Shown piece after piece: positions 38,853-49,344 of a stretch of 64,000 nucleotides of DNA. The DNA is taken from contig CAWFJP010000015.1 of assembly GCA_963816145.1 (NCBI GenBank), positions 96,001-160,000 on the forward strand. The letters run 5' to 3'. Position numbers and translations under genes: made by a program. This DNA is from an uncultured delta proteobacterium (GTDB lineage: Bacteria > Desulfobacterota > Binatia > UBA9968). The notes beneath the pieces were generated by a model. It was not told the DNA's origin. It saw only the letters and a program-made list of their open reading frames with translations, and ran no database searches. Positions within the stretch are counted from its first letter, which is position 1. Every line of letters begins with the position of its first letter.

Positions 38853-39848
38853 CTAATTCTTAAACTTGTCGATAAAGCCGCTCTTCTTGATTTCGTCGAG
38901 CACGCTGGAATCCAATAGGCGCAGGCTATCGGGGGTCTGGCCTTTGGCTTTGGGGTTCGTCGGCACCAACTGGGACAAGATGAATTCCAAACCTTTGCGG
39001 TCGGGCATGACCATCACGCCGGCGCCATGTTTCGCCAAATAGTAATCGTAGCTGATGTTGGCGTCCTCGCCGTCGACACGAATATATTTCTTGATTAGTT
39101 GCAGGCCAAGGGCTTTATCGTTTTTCACCATGAAATAGCCTTCAATAATCGCCTTCATGGCGTTGACGATCTTGTTTCGATTTGCCGCGAGGTAACCGCG
39201 CCGGACGATAAAGCAGTTTTGCGGGAACGGCACGCCGCTTTCCGCCAAATCGATCAACGAATTCATCTTATGGTCGCGAATGCCCATCGTGGTCAGCGGC
39301 TCCGCCAATAATGTCCCGTGGATGGTCCCATTCATCAGTGCAGCGAAACGGGTTAAATTTCCGCCAACCTGAACGATCGTAACGTCTTTCGGATTGAGGC
39401 CGATCTTTTCCAATGCGACTTGGGTCGCGTAATCCGACGCAGAGCCGAAGCGGCTGATCGCAACGCGTTTTCCCTTCAAATCCTCGGCTCGCTTGACTTC
39501 GGGCCGAACAAGCAATTTATTGGGAATGAAGTTGATACCGCCCGCGATGATCGTCGTGTCGGCGCCCTGAAGATTCGCCGTAATCGCCAGCGCCCCGGTG
39601 GTGAAAACAATCTGTAGCTCATTCGCCAGCATGGCCTGCATCGCCGGCGTGCCGCTCTCCAGGGCCAGATACTCGCCATCGAGCCCGTACTTTTGAAAGA
39701 TTCTCTTCTCGTACGCCGCCCACGCCACGGCATGAATCGCCGTTGAGAAGCCGCCGCTAGCGACGCGGAATTTCTCCTGCGCCGCAACCGGCGCGAAACG
39801 CCCTACGAACAAAAATGCCGTCACGATTAGAACGTCGAGCAATCTCAC
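38853..39848 (-). CDS. ABC substrate-binding protein, NMT1/SsuA-like
   Basis: QKYGLD, LKGKRVAISRFG. Confidence 0.88.
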   Translation of the reverse strand: MRLLDVLIVTAFLFVGRFAPVAAQEKFRVASGGFSTAIHAVAWAAYEKRIFQKYGLDGEYLALESGTPAMQAMLANELQIVFTTGALAITANLQGADTTIIAGGINFIPNKLLVRPEVKRAEDLKGKRVAISRFGSASDYATQVALEKIGLNPKDVTIVQVGGNLTRFAALMNGTIHGTLLAEPLTTMGIRDHKMNSLIDLAESGVPFPQNCFIVRRGYLAANRNKIVNAMKAIIEGYFMVKNDKALGLQLIKKYIRVDGEDANISYDYYLAKHGAGVMVMPDRKGLEFILSQLVPTNPKAKGQTPDSLRLLDSSVLDEIKKSGFIDKFKN

Positions 39849-40182
39849 AATACCTCCCCCTTCGAGCGCTAGTAGCATTATTGATGCTGCCTAAAAAAAG
39901 TGGTCGCCGCTGAAAACCAACATCGGCGCCGATCATACTCCTCACCTAGGAATCCGGTAAAGACACTCGGCGAAGTTATTTTGACCGCAATCGGAGCTGT
40001 GAGATTCTAATGCCGATTATTGGGATGGCCGCGAGGAAAAAATACAATCGTAGAATAACTACCCCGCTGCACGCCGGGGGCAGCGACAAAACTCTGATTC
40101 TCTTATCCGAGATATCCCATAGGCGTGAAGACGGTCCCGTCCTGCCACGCCAAGAATAGTGCCGGCATAGTTGGTCGCTCGA

Positions 40183-43100
40183 CTACTTGGTTTCTTTTTC
40201 AACGAGGTGCAACGCTTGCTCGTCGGAGAGCGATTCTACCGCTGCCAATGCATCGGACAAGTCCGCCTCATCATAATTTGTCAATTCTTGACTGCTGATC
40301 ATTTCTGCCATATGGGCGACGGTGGGTAATTCAAAGAACTCGCGAAAGGGAATTTCGATTTTAAATACTTCGTTTGCGCGAGAGATTATGCTCATGGCGT
40401 GTAAGGACTGTCCGCCCACATCAAAAAAGTTTTGGTCGATTCCCAGACTGTCTATGCCTAACACATCGATCCAGATTTTCACCAGCTTGTTTTCAACAGG
40501 CGTGCGCCCTTCGGCGATCGGTGCGTCCGCGTTAGGCGCCTCAATGTTCGGCTCCGGAAGTGCTTGCCGATCCACCTTGCCGCTCGGCGTGCGAGGCAGA
40601 ACCTCCAAGCGCACGAAGGCCGAGGGCACCATATAGCTAGGCAACCGAGCTGCCAAAAAATTCCGCAGCATACTGCTGCTGGGCGGTGGCGCATCGGTGC
40701 AAACGTAATAGGCCACCAGGCGCTTGCCCTCCAGGTGATCGGACCGAGCCGCGACCACAGCCGTCGCAATAGCCGAATGCCCGAGCAACATCCTTTCAAC
40801 TTCACCTACCTCGACGCGGTAGCCGCGGATCTTGACCTGAAAGTCTTTGCGCCCTAGATGCAGTAAGCATCCATCCGGCAGAATTCGTCCCATATCTCCG
40901 GTACGATATACCCTTGTCTCCGGTTCCACGGGGTCTGACGAAAACACTGCCGCGGTCAAATCCTGCCGGCGCCAATACCCCGGGGACAGGTAATGGCTCT
41001 TGACCGCGATCTCGCCGATCTGATCGTTTTCCAGCTCGTTACCCGTCTCGTCGAGCAAGAGCACCGTGGTGTCCTCTACGGCGTAGCCCACCGGCACCGA
41101 TCCGCTCGGAGTAGCGGTCTGTTTGTCCACGAAATACCAGCGGATATTACCTGTTTCAGTCGTGCCGAAGCGGTTCACCAGAACACAACCTGGAGAAAAA
41201 TGCTGCTTATACAGATCGACATCCCGCGACGAAAGGGGTTCGCTGCCGAGCACAAGCAAACGGAGCTTGGGAAACAAGTCGCCCTTATCGAGAGTATTGG
41301 CAAAGTGACGAAATGCTGTCGGCACCCAATGTAATAATGTTATCCCTGCGTCGCGAAGCAAGCGAGCAAAACGGCCAAAACCCTCCTCCGCGACTGAAAT
41401 GGGAAATAACGCGGCGCCATTGAGCAATGCGCCGAAGATATCTAGGCGAGAGGCACTAAAACCATGTGAATGAAGCTGCGTAACGCGGTCCTCTCGTGCA
41501 AGCTGAAGACCATTGGTATAGGTCATAATTTGATGGAGGACGTTGCGGTGGTTTTGTACGACGCCTTTGGGGCGACCGGTGGAGCCTGAGGTATAAAAGA
41601 GATAGGCCAATGAGTCCGGAGAAATTGTTGGACTCAGGTTGTCGGTTGGTATGCCGCCGTCAAGCCGATCGATATTTAGAATCATGCTGGGCTCGCGCAC
41701 AAATGCCATCGTCGACGACAGATCGGCGCCATTAGTAACGATCAGAGAGGCCTGAGACTCCTCCAGGATGCTGACCAGCGTGGCATCAGGATAGGTAGGG
41801 TCGAGCGGAACATAACACTTCCCCGCTTTTAGAATACCGAGGATCGATGTCACGGCAGGAATGCCTTGCCTTAGTAGCAATGCCACCGGCTCTGGTTTAC
41901 TACCGAGTCGGTCGATGATAGCCCGCGCGAGCTGATTGGCCACGCGGTTAAGTTCCCCATAGCTTAACAAGAGATCTCCGCTCTTTAGCGCCAATTGATC
42001 GGCATACTTTTCGACTTGCTGCTCGAAGCGAGCCGGAATCGATTGTTCGATGTCCGCCCGGGTGAACGGTACAAAGGAAGGGGCTGGTTTGACGCGCACC
42101 CGCCGTGGCGCAATCTCCGCAACATCCCTGTCGATGATTCGGTGGGTTCGTTTCGCTTGTCGCCCCTCGAACTTTACTAAACGGAGCTTGCCGGTCTTCG
42201 GGTCATTCTCAATGGCGCGTACGTTTCGGACGTCGACAGTCGTCCTCGCGCCACCCTTTGCGTCAAGCATTTTCTGAAACTCTTCTCGGACGGCGGTGTC
42301 GATGTTCCGCGGCGCGACATAGTCGATGCGTACATGTCCGGGACCCTCCGAAACAAACTGGAGCTTATCGATTGTAGGTACGAAGAGTGTTGTCAGCACG
42401 AGGGGGTGAATGCTGTCGTGCACGCCACTCGATAGCACAATGGGTAACGCATCGTTCACTCTACCTCTGATATCGCGAAGCGTTGAAAAGGGCCGATCGG
42501 GGAGTGGTGTCCCTTTAACGACATAGTCGCCAAGCTCATACCGCAGCATTGGCAACGTGTAGTTGTAAAGATTCGTAAGGACAACCCGACCTTCTTTGCC
42601 ATCACTTACGCCTTGATCTTTGTCATCGAGCACCTCGACGATGTTCAGATCATCCATGACCATCATCTGATCGCATTCAGGCGTTTTTATCGCAATGTAT
42701 TTCGACTCCGACGCGGCATAGAGCACATAAATGGGCGCACGCCACGCCTCGCGAATATTTCTTTCCATGCTTTGGGTCAGTTTATCCCCGTAGACAATTA
42801 CTCTCTGCGGGTAAATTCGAAGGCTTCCCTTAAGCGCGAGTTCCGCCAACTGGGCTACGCTGCTGGAATAGCCGCTGAGCCGATGCGGTTGAAAATCATT
42901 TAATTGATTGACCGTCTGTTCCGATGAGCGCAGCAGTGACAGTATCAAAGTGTCGTAGATATTCTTCGGCATGGAATTGACCATGGTCGCAGACGCGAAA
43001 TGGCCAGTCCCTACAATATAAAAAGCAACCTTCGTCTTGCCCTTCGGATAATTTTCAGGCGACGGCAGACGTCCTGCTACAGTTGCGTCCGCTATGGTCC

Positions 43101-43488
43101 AGGCGCCTCGATCGTAAGGAAAAATACCAATATCGCCGGAAGTGCCGGAACCGTGAATTACGACTATGTCCTTGGAGAAAGTCTCGCCCGGATCACGATG
43201 GCCCTCAAACCAAGCTTCCAGTTCTTTTTTCCTGAGTCTCGGATCGGTCACTGCCTTATCAAAATTATCAATCAAGGTTTTTTTTGGCAGTAAAGGTAGA
43301 TCGCTTATCGAAACGTCGGCAAAATCTTTTTCGCGGATACCATGGCTCGAATAATAATCCCGATAAAATGCCGATCGGCTCCAAACATAATCGAGCAATC
43401 TTTTAAGCTGCCGGTTTTGATATTGAAGCATCGCTTGGCGTGACCCAGGGGTAGAGCCATCCCCTTTGGAGTGCACAGCTGTAGTCAT
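40183..43488 (-). CDS. NRPS-like hybrid: PaaK-like adenylate-forming domain + A domain + PCP
   Basis: HGSGTSG, YAASE, RYELGD, KTGK; YTSGSTGRPKG, YRTGD, KIRGYRVE, PSGKVDR; FFDVGGQSL. Confidence 0.9.
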   Translation of the reverse strand: MTTAVHSKGDGSTPGSRQAMLQYQNRQLKRLLDYVWSRSAFYRDYYSSHGIREKDFADVSISDLPLLPKKTLIDNFDKAVTDPRLRKKELEAWFEGHRDPGETFSKDIVVIHGSGTSGDIGIFPYDRGAWTIADATVAGRLPSPENYPKGKTKVAFYIVGTGHFASATMVNSMPKNIYDTLILSLLRSSEQTVNQLNDFQPHRLSGYSSSVAQLAELALKGSLRIYPQRVIVYGDKLTQSMERNIREAWRAPIYVLYAASESKYIAIKTPECDQMMVMDDLNIVEVLDDKDQGVSDGKEGRVVLTNLYNYTLPMLRYELGDYVVKGTPLPDRPFSTLRDIRGRVNDALPIVLSSGVHDSIHPLVLTTLFVPTIDKLQFVSEGPGHVRIDYVAPRNIDTAVREEFQKMLDAKGGARTTVDVRNVRAIENDPKTGKLRLVKFEGRQAKRTHRIIDRDVAEIAPRRVRVKPAPSFVPFTRADIEQSIPARFEQQVEKYADQLALKSGDLLLSYGELNRVANQLARAIIDRLGSKPEPVALLLRQGIPAVTSILGILKAGKCYVPLDPTYPDATLVSILEESQASLIVTNGADLSSTMAFVREPSMILNIDRLDGGIPTDNLSPTISPDSLAYLFYTSGSTGRPKGVVQNHRNVLHQIMTYTNGLQLAREDRVTQLHSHGFSASRLDIFGALLNGAALFPISVAEEGFGRFARLLRDAGITLLHWVPTAFRHFANTLDKGDLFPKLRLLVLGSEPLSSRDVDLYKQHFSPGCVLVNRFGTTETGNIRWYFVDKQTATPSGSVPVGYAVEDTTVLLLDETGNELENDQIGEIAVKSHYLSPGYWRRQDLTAAVFSSDPVEPETRVYRTGDMGRILPDGCLLHLGRKDFQVKIRGYRVEVGEVERMLLGHSAIATAVVAARSDHLEGKRLVAYYVCTDAPPPSSSMLRNFLAARLPSYMVPSAFVRLEVLPRTPSGKVDRQALPEPNIEAPNADAPIAEGRTPVENKLVKIWIDVLGIDSLGIDQNFFDVGGQSLHAMSIISRANEVFKIEIPFREFFELPTVAHMAEMISSQELTNYDEADLSDALAAVESLSDEQALHLVEKETK

Positions 43489-43774
43489 AAATTGCGCTCC
43501 TTTCTGTTTTGAAGGCTAGGAGTTTGTCAAGCATTAACTTCACTTCAAAGACCTTAAGACACGAAGCAATGAATCTCAATTGGGGTATGGAATTTGTCGA
43601 GGAATTTCTGGAGGGGTCATCGCCAAAGATTTTAGCAATTTGGGGTGGCAGGTTTTTTTGAACCTCGGTGACAACAGATGTCATGGTTTTCGACGACGGT
43701 TTACACGCCAAGACGGAAGGGGTATACGAACGACTTGTGACAATATTGGAGAAATTACGTAAGGAGCCGCGCAG

Positions 43775-44872
43775 ATGATTTTTCTCACCAACGAACAGAT
43801 CGAACAGGTCCTCGACATGAAAACCTGCATCGACGCCATGGAAGACGCCTACCGCGAACTGAATGAGCTCAAAGCCGGCTACCGCCCGCGCATCGACTTC
43901 TACGTGCCACAAGAACCGCACTACTATCGTTGGGGCACCATGGAGGGCGCGTCGCGCAAGTTAGGCGTCTTCGCCATCCGCATGAAGTCCGACATGCTCG
44001 CCTGGGAAAATCAGGACGGCTTCATGGTCGAGGACAAGTATTGCATGGAGCGCGGCACCTACTGCGGCCTGATCTTCCTGACCAGCACGCGCAACGGCGA
44101 GCCGCTGGCGATCATGAACGATGGCTACCTCCAGCATATGCGCGTCGGCGCCTGCGCCGGTCTCGGCACCAAGTATCTGGCGCGCAAAGATGCCAAGGTC
44201 ATGGCGATGATCGGCTCCGGCGGCATGGCGCGGACCTACGCCGAGGCGATCAAACATGTCCGACCCCTCGAAGTCATGCGCGTGTTCAGCCCGACGAAAA
44301 AGAACCGCGAAGCCTTTGCCGCCGAGATGACCGATAAACTCGACATCGAAGTGATCGCCGTCGACTCGCCGGAAAAGGCGCTCAAGGGCGCCGCGATTGT
44401 TTCGCTGACCACCGACTCGCTCGTACCCGTGATCAAAGCCGAATGGCTCGAACCGGGAATGCATATCAACAACGTGCGCAACAACGAAGCCGGTCCCGAC
44501 GTCCTGGCCCGCGCCGACGTGCGCGCGCGTCTCGGCACTTCCACGCTCTACGCCGATCGCAATTCACCAGAAGTCGTCACCGGTAGCGACGGCATGTTCG
44601 GCTTCATCGCCGGTAGCCCGGAGGAAAAGCAAAAGATCCCATCCTCACCGCACCATGAGATCGACAACCCGAATATCGGCACCGTCCCCGACGTCATGGC
44701 TGGTAGATGGATCGGCCGGGCCAATGACCAACAGATCACCTTCCTGAACAATCAAGGCACCCAAGGCCTGCAATTTGCCGCCGTCGGCGGTACGGCGTAT
44801 AACTTGGCCAAAGCCAAAGGATTAGGCCATGCATTGCCTTTAGAATGGTTCACGCAGAATATAAGAGATTGA
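43775..44872 (+). CDS. Ornithine cyclodeaminase/mu-crystallin family protein
   Basis: MRVGA, IGSGGMA, LEPGMHI. Confidence 0.88.
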   Translation: MIFLTNEQIEQVLDMKTCIDAMEDAYRELNELKAGYRPRIDFYVPQEPHYYRWGTMEGASRKLGVFAIRMKSDMLAWENQDGFMVEDKYCMERGTYCGLIFLTSTRNGEPLAIMNDGYLQHMRVGACAGLGTKYLARKDAKVMAMIGSGGMARTYAEAIKHVRPLEVMRVFSPTKKNREAFAAEMTDKLDIEVIAVDSPEKALKGAAIVSLTTDSLVPVIKAEWLEPGMHINNVRNNEAGPDVLARADVRARLGTSTLYADRNSPEVVTGSDGMFGFIAGSPEEKQKIPSSPHHEIDNPNIGTVPDVMAGRWIGRANDQQITFLNNQGTQGLQFAAVGGTAYNLAKAKGLGHALPLEWFTQNIRD

Positions 44873-44879
44873 GAACAAC

Positions 44880-44981
44880 GGAGTGATGGAATACTGGAAT
44901 CTTGGGCACTGATCGAATTCCAATCTTCCAAACCTTGAACTCTTGCCTTCGATAAACTCAGGCCCTGAGACCGTCGAAGGG
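44880..44981. repeat. Composite intergenic repeats
   Basis: GGAGTGATGGAATACTGGA..TCCAATCTTCCA plus CCTTCGATAAACTCAGG-CCCTGAGACCGTCGAAGG. Confidence 0.6.
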
Positions 44982-45022
44982 AACCTTTGAACGAACGAAT
45001 TCCCAATCCCCGGAGGTTTACC

Positions 45023-45817
45023 ATGGCTATACTGCGCTACGTCGCCTATCTCGCTGAAGATCCCGCTAAATTAGTCGATTTCTACCACCGTTTTCTCGGC
45101 ACCGAAGAACTCGGTCGCACGCCGGACGGCGATATCACCATCACCGACGGTTTTTATAATTTGACCTTTTTCAAAAACCGTCCAGAGCTGGGCGAGATGC
45201 AAACCAACAACGGCTTGCACCATATCGGCGTGCAGGTCGACGATCTCGAAGAAGTGAAAGGCCGGTTTATCCGGATGTTCCCGCGCGGAATAATCATCCA
45301 GGAGTCGAACGATTTGCAGCATGGCCAAATCCGCCTGCACGACCCGGAATGCCGGCCGGTCACGGTGTCGACGACGAGTTACGGCGTGCCGGCGAGCAAA
45401 GAAAAACGTTTCCCGCGCGTGCGCCATATCGCCTACAACGCGCTCGATCCCGAAACCATGTTGCAGTTCTACACCCAGGTGTTGGGTCTGCGCGAAGTGC
45501 CATCGAGCTATCTGCGCCGCCAGCAGGGACGCGGCAACCGCTTCTGCGCTGATGGTAAAACCAACCTGGCGATCCATCCGTTCTACAGCCAGGTCGAAGG
45601 CCATGAAGCCAAGTACGGCATCAACCATATCGGCTTTCTGACCAACACCATGCAGGCGACCATGGCGGAATTGAGCAGTATGTTGAAAATCGCGCCACGC
45701 CCGTCGACCCGCCCTTACGCCGAATTTCGTTTCCGCGATCTGGAAGGCAATGCCTTGGATTTGTCGCAGACTAAAGGCTGGGAAGTCGACGTCGATAAGT
45801 GGGAAACGGCGGCTTAA
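45023..45817 (+). CDS. Two-domain VOC family protein
   Basis: GLHHIG, RHIAY, GINHIGF; GGAGG RBS. Confidence 0.85.
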   Translation: MAILRYVAYLAEDPAKLVDFYHRFLGTEELGRTPDGDITITDGFYNLTFFKNRPELGEMQTNNGLHHIGVQVDDLEEVKGRFIRMFPRGIIIQESNDLQHGQIRLHDPECRPVTVSTTSYGVPASKEKRFPRVRHIAYNALDPETMLQFYTQVLGLREVPSSYLRRQQGRGNRFCADGKTNLAIHPFYSQVEGHEAKYGINHIGFLTNTMQATMAELSSMLKIAPRPSTRPYAEFRFRDLEGNALDLSQTKGWEVDVDKWETAA

Positions 45818-45824
45818 AAAAGCC

Positions 45825-45893
45825 GTTCAAGGTTCAAGGGTTCAAAAAGTTCAAAGTAGGACTTGTAGGATCGGTGGAGCGCAGCGATACCCA
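45825..45893. repeat. GTTCAA tandem run plus GTAG-type REP
   Basis: GTTCAA x4; GTAGGATCGGTGGAGCGCAGCGATACCCAT. Confidence 0.6.
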
Positions 45894-45922
45894 TTGATTC
45901 TGAAGAGAAAAGATTTAGTTTT

Positions 45923-46939
45923 ATGCTGAAATTAAAATTTACAGTTTCGATCGTTTCAATCATTGCACTGTTAATCACGGCATCGCCACGCACGGCACTA
46001 ACGGCCTCGGCGCCGTTGGAAAAACTGACGCTCGGCTGGAGCGCCATCGCCGGCTCGCAGGCGCCGTTCTGGATCACCAAGGAAGCCGGCCTGTTCGAGA
46101 AAAACGGCCTCGACGTGATCATGATCTACCTCGACGGCGGTTCACGGGCTACTCAAGCGATGATGTCGGGCGATCTACCGATCGCTCAGGTCGGCGGCAA
46201 TGCTCCGGTGGTTGCCAAACTGCGCGGTGCCGATATCACACTGATCGCGGGCTTACTTAATATCCTCGCCTACAGCATGGTGGTTTCACCAGAAATCAAA
46301 AAGCCGGAAGACCTGCGGGGCAAAAAGCTCACGGTCAGCCGCTTCGGCTCCAACTCCGACTACGCCACGCGCAAAATATTATTGAAATGGGGATTGAAGC
46401 CCGACGTCGACGTGGCGGTCCTGCAGATACCAGGCGGTCAACCGACTCGCCTGGCGGCGATACAAACAAATCAAGTGCAAGGCATGGTGGCACAGCCGCC
46501 GGTGACCAATCTGGCGCGCAAGTTCAAAATGAATATCATCGCCGAGCCCGAAGACTTCGGCGGCGCCTACCCGACCACACCGGTGGCGGCGCGGATTTCC
46601 TTCATCAAGGATAAACGCGACACCGTGCGAAAATTTACCCGCGCGCTGTTGGAAGGCATTCACCTCTATAAAACCAACAAGGAGTTCAGCAAGAAAGTCA
46701 TCGGCAAATACGTCAAGACCGACGACAACGATGCATTGGAAGACAGCTATCAATTTTTCTCCCGGCTCGTGCCGGCCAAGCCCTATCCGTCCCTCGAAGC
46801 GGTCAAAGAAGCCCTTGCCGAACTCGGTGAAAAAGATCCCAAGGTCCGCGCGGCGAAACCGGAGGACTTCGTCGACATGAGTATCATCAAGGAGTTCGAC
46901 GACAACGGATTTATCGACGGGCTGTATAAGAAACGCTAA
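45923..46939 (+). CDS. ABC substrate-binding protein, NMT1/SsuA-like
   Basis: GLFEKNGLDV, LRGKKLTVSRFG. Confidence 0.88.
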   Translation: MLKLKFTVSIVSIIALLITASPRTALTASAPLEKLTLGWSAIAGSQAPFWITKEAGLFEKNGLDVIMIYLDGGSRATQAMMSGDLPIAQVGGNAPVVAKLRGADITLIAGLLNILAYSMVVSPEIKKPEDLRGKKLTVSRFGSNSDYATRKILLKWGLKPDVDVAVLQIPGGQPTRLAAIQTNQVQGMVAQPPVTNLARKFKMNIIAEPEDFGGAYPTTPVAARISFIKDKRDTVRKFTRALLEGIHLYKTNKEFSKKVIGKYVKTDDNDALEDSYQFFSRLVPAKPYPSLEAVKEALAELGEKDPKVRAAKPEDFVDMSIIKEFDDNGFIDGLYKKR

Positions 46940-47020
46940 CGGACGAACATCGAACTGCACCGGGACGAAAGTTCATTTTGTGAATCATTTCCATTAGTGG
47001 GCTTTTTACAGGAGCGATTT

Positions 47021-48010
47021 ATGAACAGACAATTTAATCGGTTTATGTTCGCGCTCGTGCTCCCGTTACTTTCCTTGAGTCATTTCGCTACAGCAGCCAC
47101 GATCACCGTAAAGGTCGGTTACCCTCAACTAAGCGGCGGCTCCATGCCGCTCTGGGTGATCAACGACAGCAAGCTCGATCAGCGCTACGGCGTCGATGTC
47201 AAAACCGTCTACATCGCGGGTGGCGCCACTCTCACCCATTCTTTAGTCGCCGGCGACATCGATATCGCATTGACCGGCGGGGCCGTGGTTGGCGCCGTGC
47301 TTAGCGGCGCCGATCTCGTTTACGTCGGCATCGGGCTTTCGACTTATGGCTTTACCGTATACGCCAAGCCGGAGACCAAAAGCATCGAAGATCTGCGCGG
47401 CAAGATTTTTGGCGTGATCACCCGCGGCGCTTCCTCCGACCACGCAGCGATCGCGCTTTTCAACCGATACAACATGAAGGTCGGCCAAGATGTGAAATTT
47501 CTTTACTTCTCGCGGCAAGGTGATCTTCTCGCGGCACTGGACAAGGGCGTGGTGGTGGGTGGAGTGTTTTCATCGCCTACGACCGTGATGGCCAAACGCA
47601 TGGGCTACAAAGAGCTCGTCAATATCGCCTCTTTCAAGCTGCCCTATCCGCACAACGCCATCGCAGCTCGCAAGACCTTAGTCCGGCAAAATCCGGAGCT
47701 GATTAAGGGCTTTCTGAAGTCCTACCTGGCGGCGATAAAAATCATTCATGAGGAGCCGGCGATCGCAAAGCGCGCCCTGTCCCGCTATCTCGGCACCAAA
47801 GATCCTGAGATGATCGATGACTCCTACACCAGCCTTGCGCCGCTGTTCTTGAAGGTCCCGTACATGCCCGAGGAAGCGATTCGCACCGTCCTTTCCCTCT
47901 CGGACCATCCAAAGGCGTCGCAGGCGGATCCCAAAGATTTCTTCGACAATCGTCCACTGAAAGAGCTGGAGGATAGCGGCTTCGTCAAGGAACTGTATGG
48001 TCAGCGCTAG
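47021..48010 (+). CDS. ABC substrate-binding protein, NMT1/SsuA-like
   Basis: DLRGKIFGV, LEDSGFV. Confidence 0.88.
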   Translation: MNRQFNRFMFALVLPLLSLSHFATAATITVKVGYPQLSGGSMPLWVINDSKLDQRYGVDVKTVYIAGGATLTHSLVAGDIDIALTGGAVVGAVLSGADLVYVGIGLSTYGFTVYAKPETKSIEDLRGKIFGVITRGASSDHAAIALFNRYNMKVGQDVKFLYFSRQGDLLAALDKGVVVGGVFSSPTTVMAKRMGYKELVNIASFKLPYPHNAIAARKTLVRQNPELIKGFLKSYLAAIKIIHEEPAIAKRALSRYLGTKDPEMIDDSYTSLAPLFLKVPYMPEEAIRTVLSLSDHPKASQADPKDFFDNRPLKELEDSGFVKELYGQR

Positions 48011-48080
48011 CGCCGCCGCGCATCACGCTGGTCGAAGAGTAAACGATCCTCGGATCGAATCCGAGTGAGTGTGAGCGTCG

Positions 48081-49028
48081 ATGGGCAATAGCCATACTTC
48101 GCGCGGCGCCCCGCGAGCAGCCGCGTTCTTGCGAAATCTTATACTCGCTGCCGGCTTGCTAACTTTAGGTCTTGGCGCTATCGAGAAAGCACATAGCCAA
48201 ACCATAACTAACTCTATGAAACCCATCCCCATTCCCCCGCAGGCCACGGCCAAAGACGGCTTGGCACAAATTCCCGACACTCGTCTCTGGTACTGGGACA
48301 CCGGTGGACCGGGGGTGCCGATCGTGCTGCTGCATCCGGCCACCGGCAGCGCGCTCATCTGGGGTTACCAGCAGCCTGTGTTCGCCAAGGCAGGCTACCG
48401 CGTCATCGCCTATTCGCGCCGCGGCTACTACAACTCCGCGCCCTTCGACGCGAAAAACCCAGGCATCGGCTCGGAGGACCTTCGCCACCTAGCGGACACA
48501 TTGGGGCTTGGACGATTTCATGTGGTGGCGTCGGCAGCCGGCGGCAGCATCGCGTCGGACTTCGCGTTTTCTTACCAGGAACGGTTGCTGAGCCTGAGTA
48601 TTTCAAGCAACTCCTTCGGCGTGCGCGACGGCGAGATCGCCAAGGCGGCCGCCGCCATTCGTCCCGAGGGCTGGGAAAAAATGCCGGCCGAATTTCGCGA
48701 GCTCGGTCCATCATACCGGGCGGCAAACCCTGCGGGCGTGAAGGCGTGGATGGAACTCGAACATAAGGCGCTGATTGGACGTGACTACCGGCAAATCCTA
48801 AAGAATGAAATCACCCAGGCAAAGCTTAAAGATCTCAAGCTGCCGACGTTGGTTATTTCCGGGGCCGCAGATTTATCTACGCCGCCATCGATTGCGCGGA
48901 TGATCGCGGCCGAGATTCCGAACAGCCGCGTGGCGCTGATCCCCGAGGCCGGCCATTCGACCTACTGGGAACAGCCAGAGATTTTCAATCGCGCCGTGCT
49001 CGACTGCATCGCCGGCCAGTCGAAATAA
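48081..49028 (+). CDS. Secreted alpha/beta hydrolase (paralogue of 21059-21856)
   Basis: LLHP, YSRRGY, ASAAGG, GHSTYWEQPEIFN. Confidence 0.88.
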   Translation: MGNSHTSRGAPRAAAFLRNLILAAGLLTLGLGAIEKAHSQTITNSMKPIPIPPQATAKDGLAQIPDTRLWYWDTGGPGVPIVLLHPATGSALIWGYQQPVFAKAGYRVIAYSRRGYYNSAPFDAKNPGIGSEDLRHLADTLGLGRFHVVASAAGGSIASDFAFSYQERLLSLSISSNSFGVRDGEIAKAAAAIRPEGWEKMPAEFRELGPSYRAANPAGVKAWMELEHKALIGRDYRQILKNEITQAKLKDLKLPTLVISGAADLSTPPSIARMIAAEIPNSRVALIPEAGHSTYWEQPEIFNRAVLDCIAGQSK

Positions 49029-49134
49029 CAATCGTGATAGCGCCCAGAGCGATGCTCACTTTGATCGAGAACTGACAGACCCTAGGCTCCAAGCCGAGGG
49101 GTTCTGAATTCGTCGACTGGAACTCGATTTCCCA

Positions 49135-49224
49135 TCCGTCATTCCCGCGCACGCGGGAATCCAGACGTTTTTTGTGTTCAACTTCGTAATAAACCTGGAT
49201 GCCGGCCTTCGCCGGCATGACGGA
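49135..49224. repeat. RPE/REP-like bipartite palindromic element, copy 2
   Basis: CGTCATTCCCGCGCACGCGGGAATCCA..TGGATGCCGGCCTTCGCCGGCATGACG. Confidence 0.85.
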
Positions 49225-49344
49225 ATTTCACTTTCGTCCGAAGAATGTGCTGCGCCCTGACGAAGGGACGAGAGATTTCAACCAGCCCCGATAAAGATAT
49301 TGAACACCTGCGGTTACGAACAAAACCTTGTCATGATAAGGATC

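Noticed and set aside
48985-49218. Short ORFs such as MPAKAGIQ..LDSRVRGND (also 50313-50685, 60216-60467)
   Set aside because: Translations of palindromic repeats, not genes.
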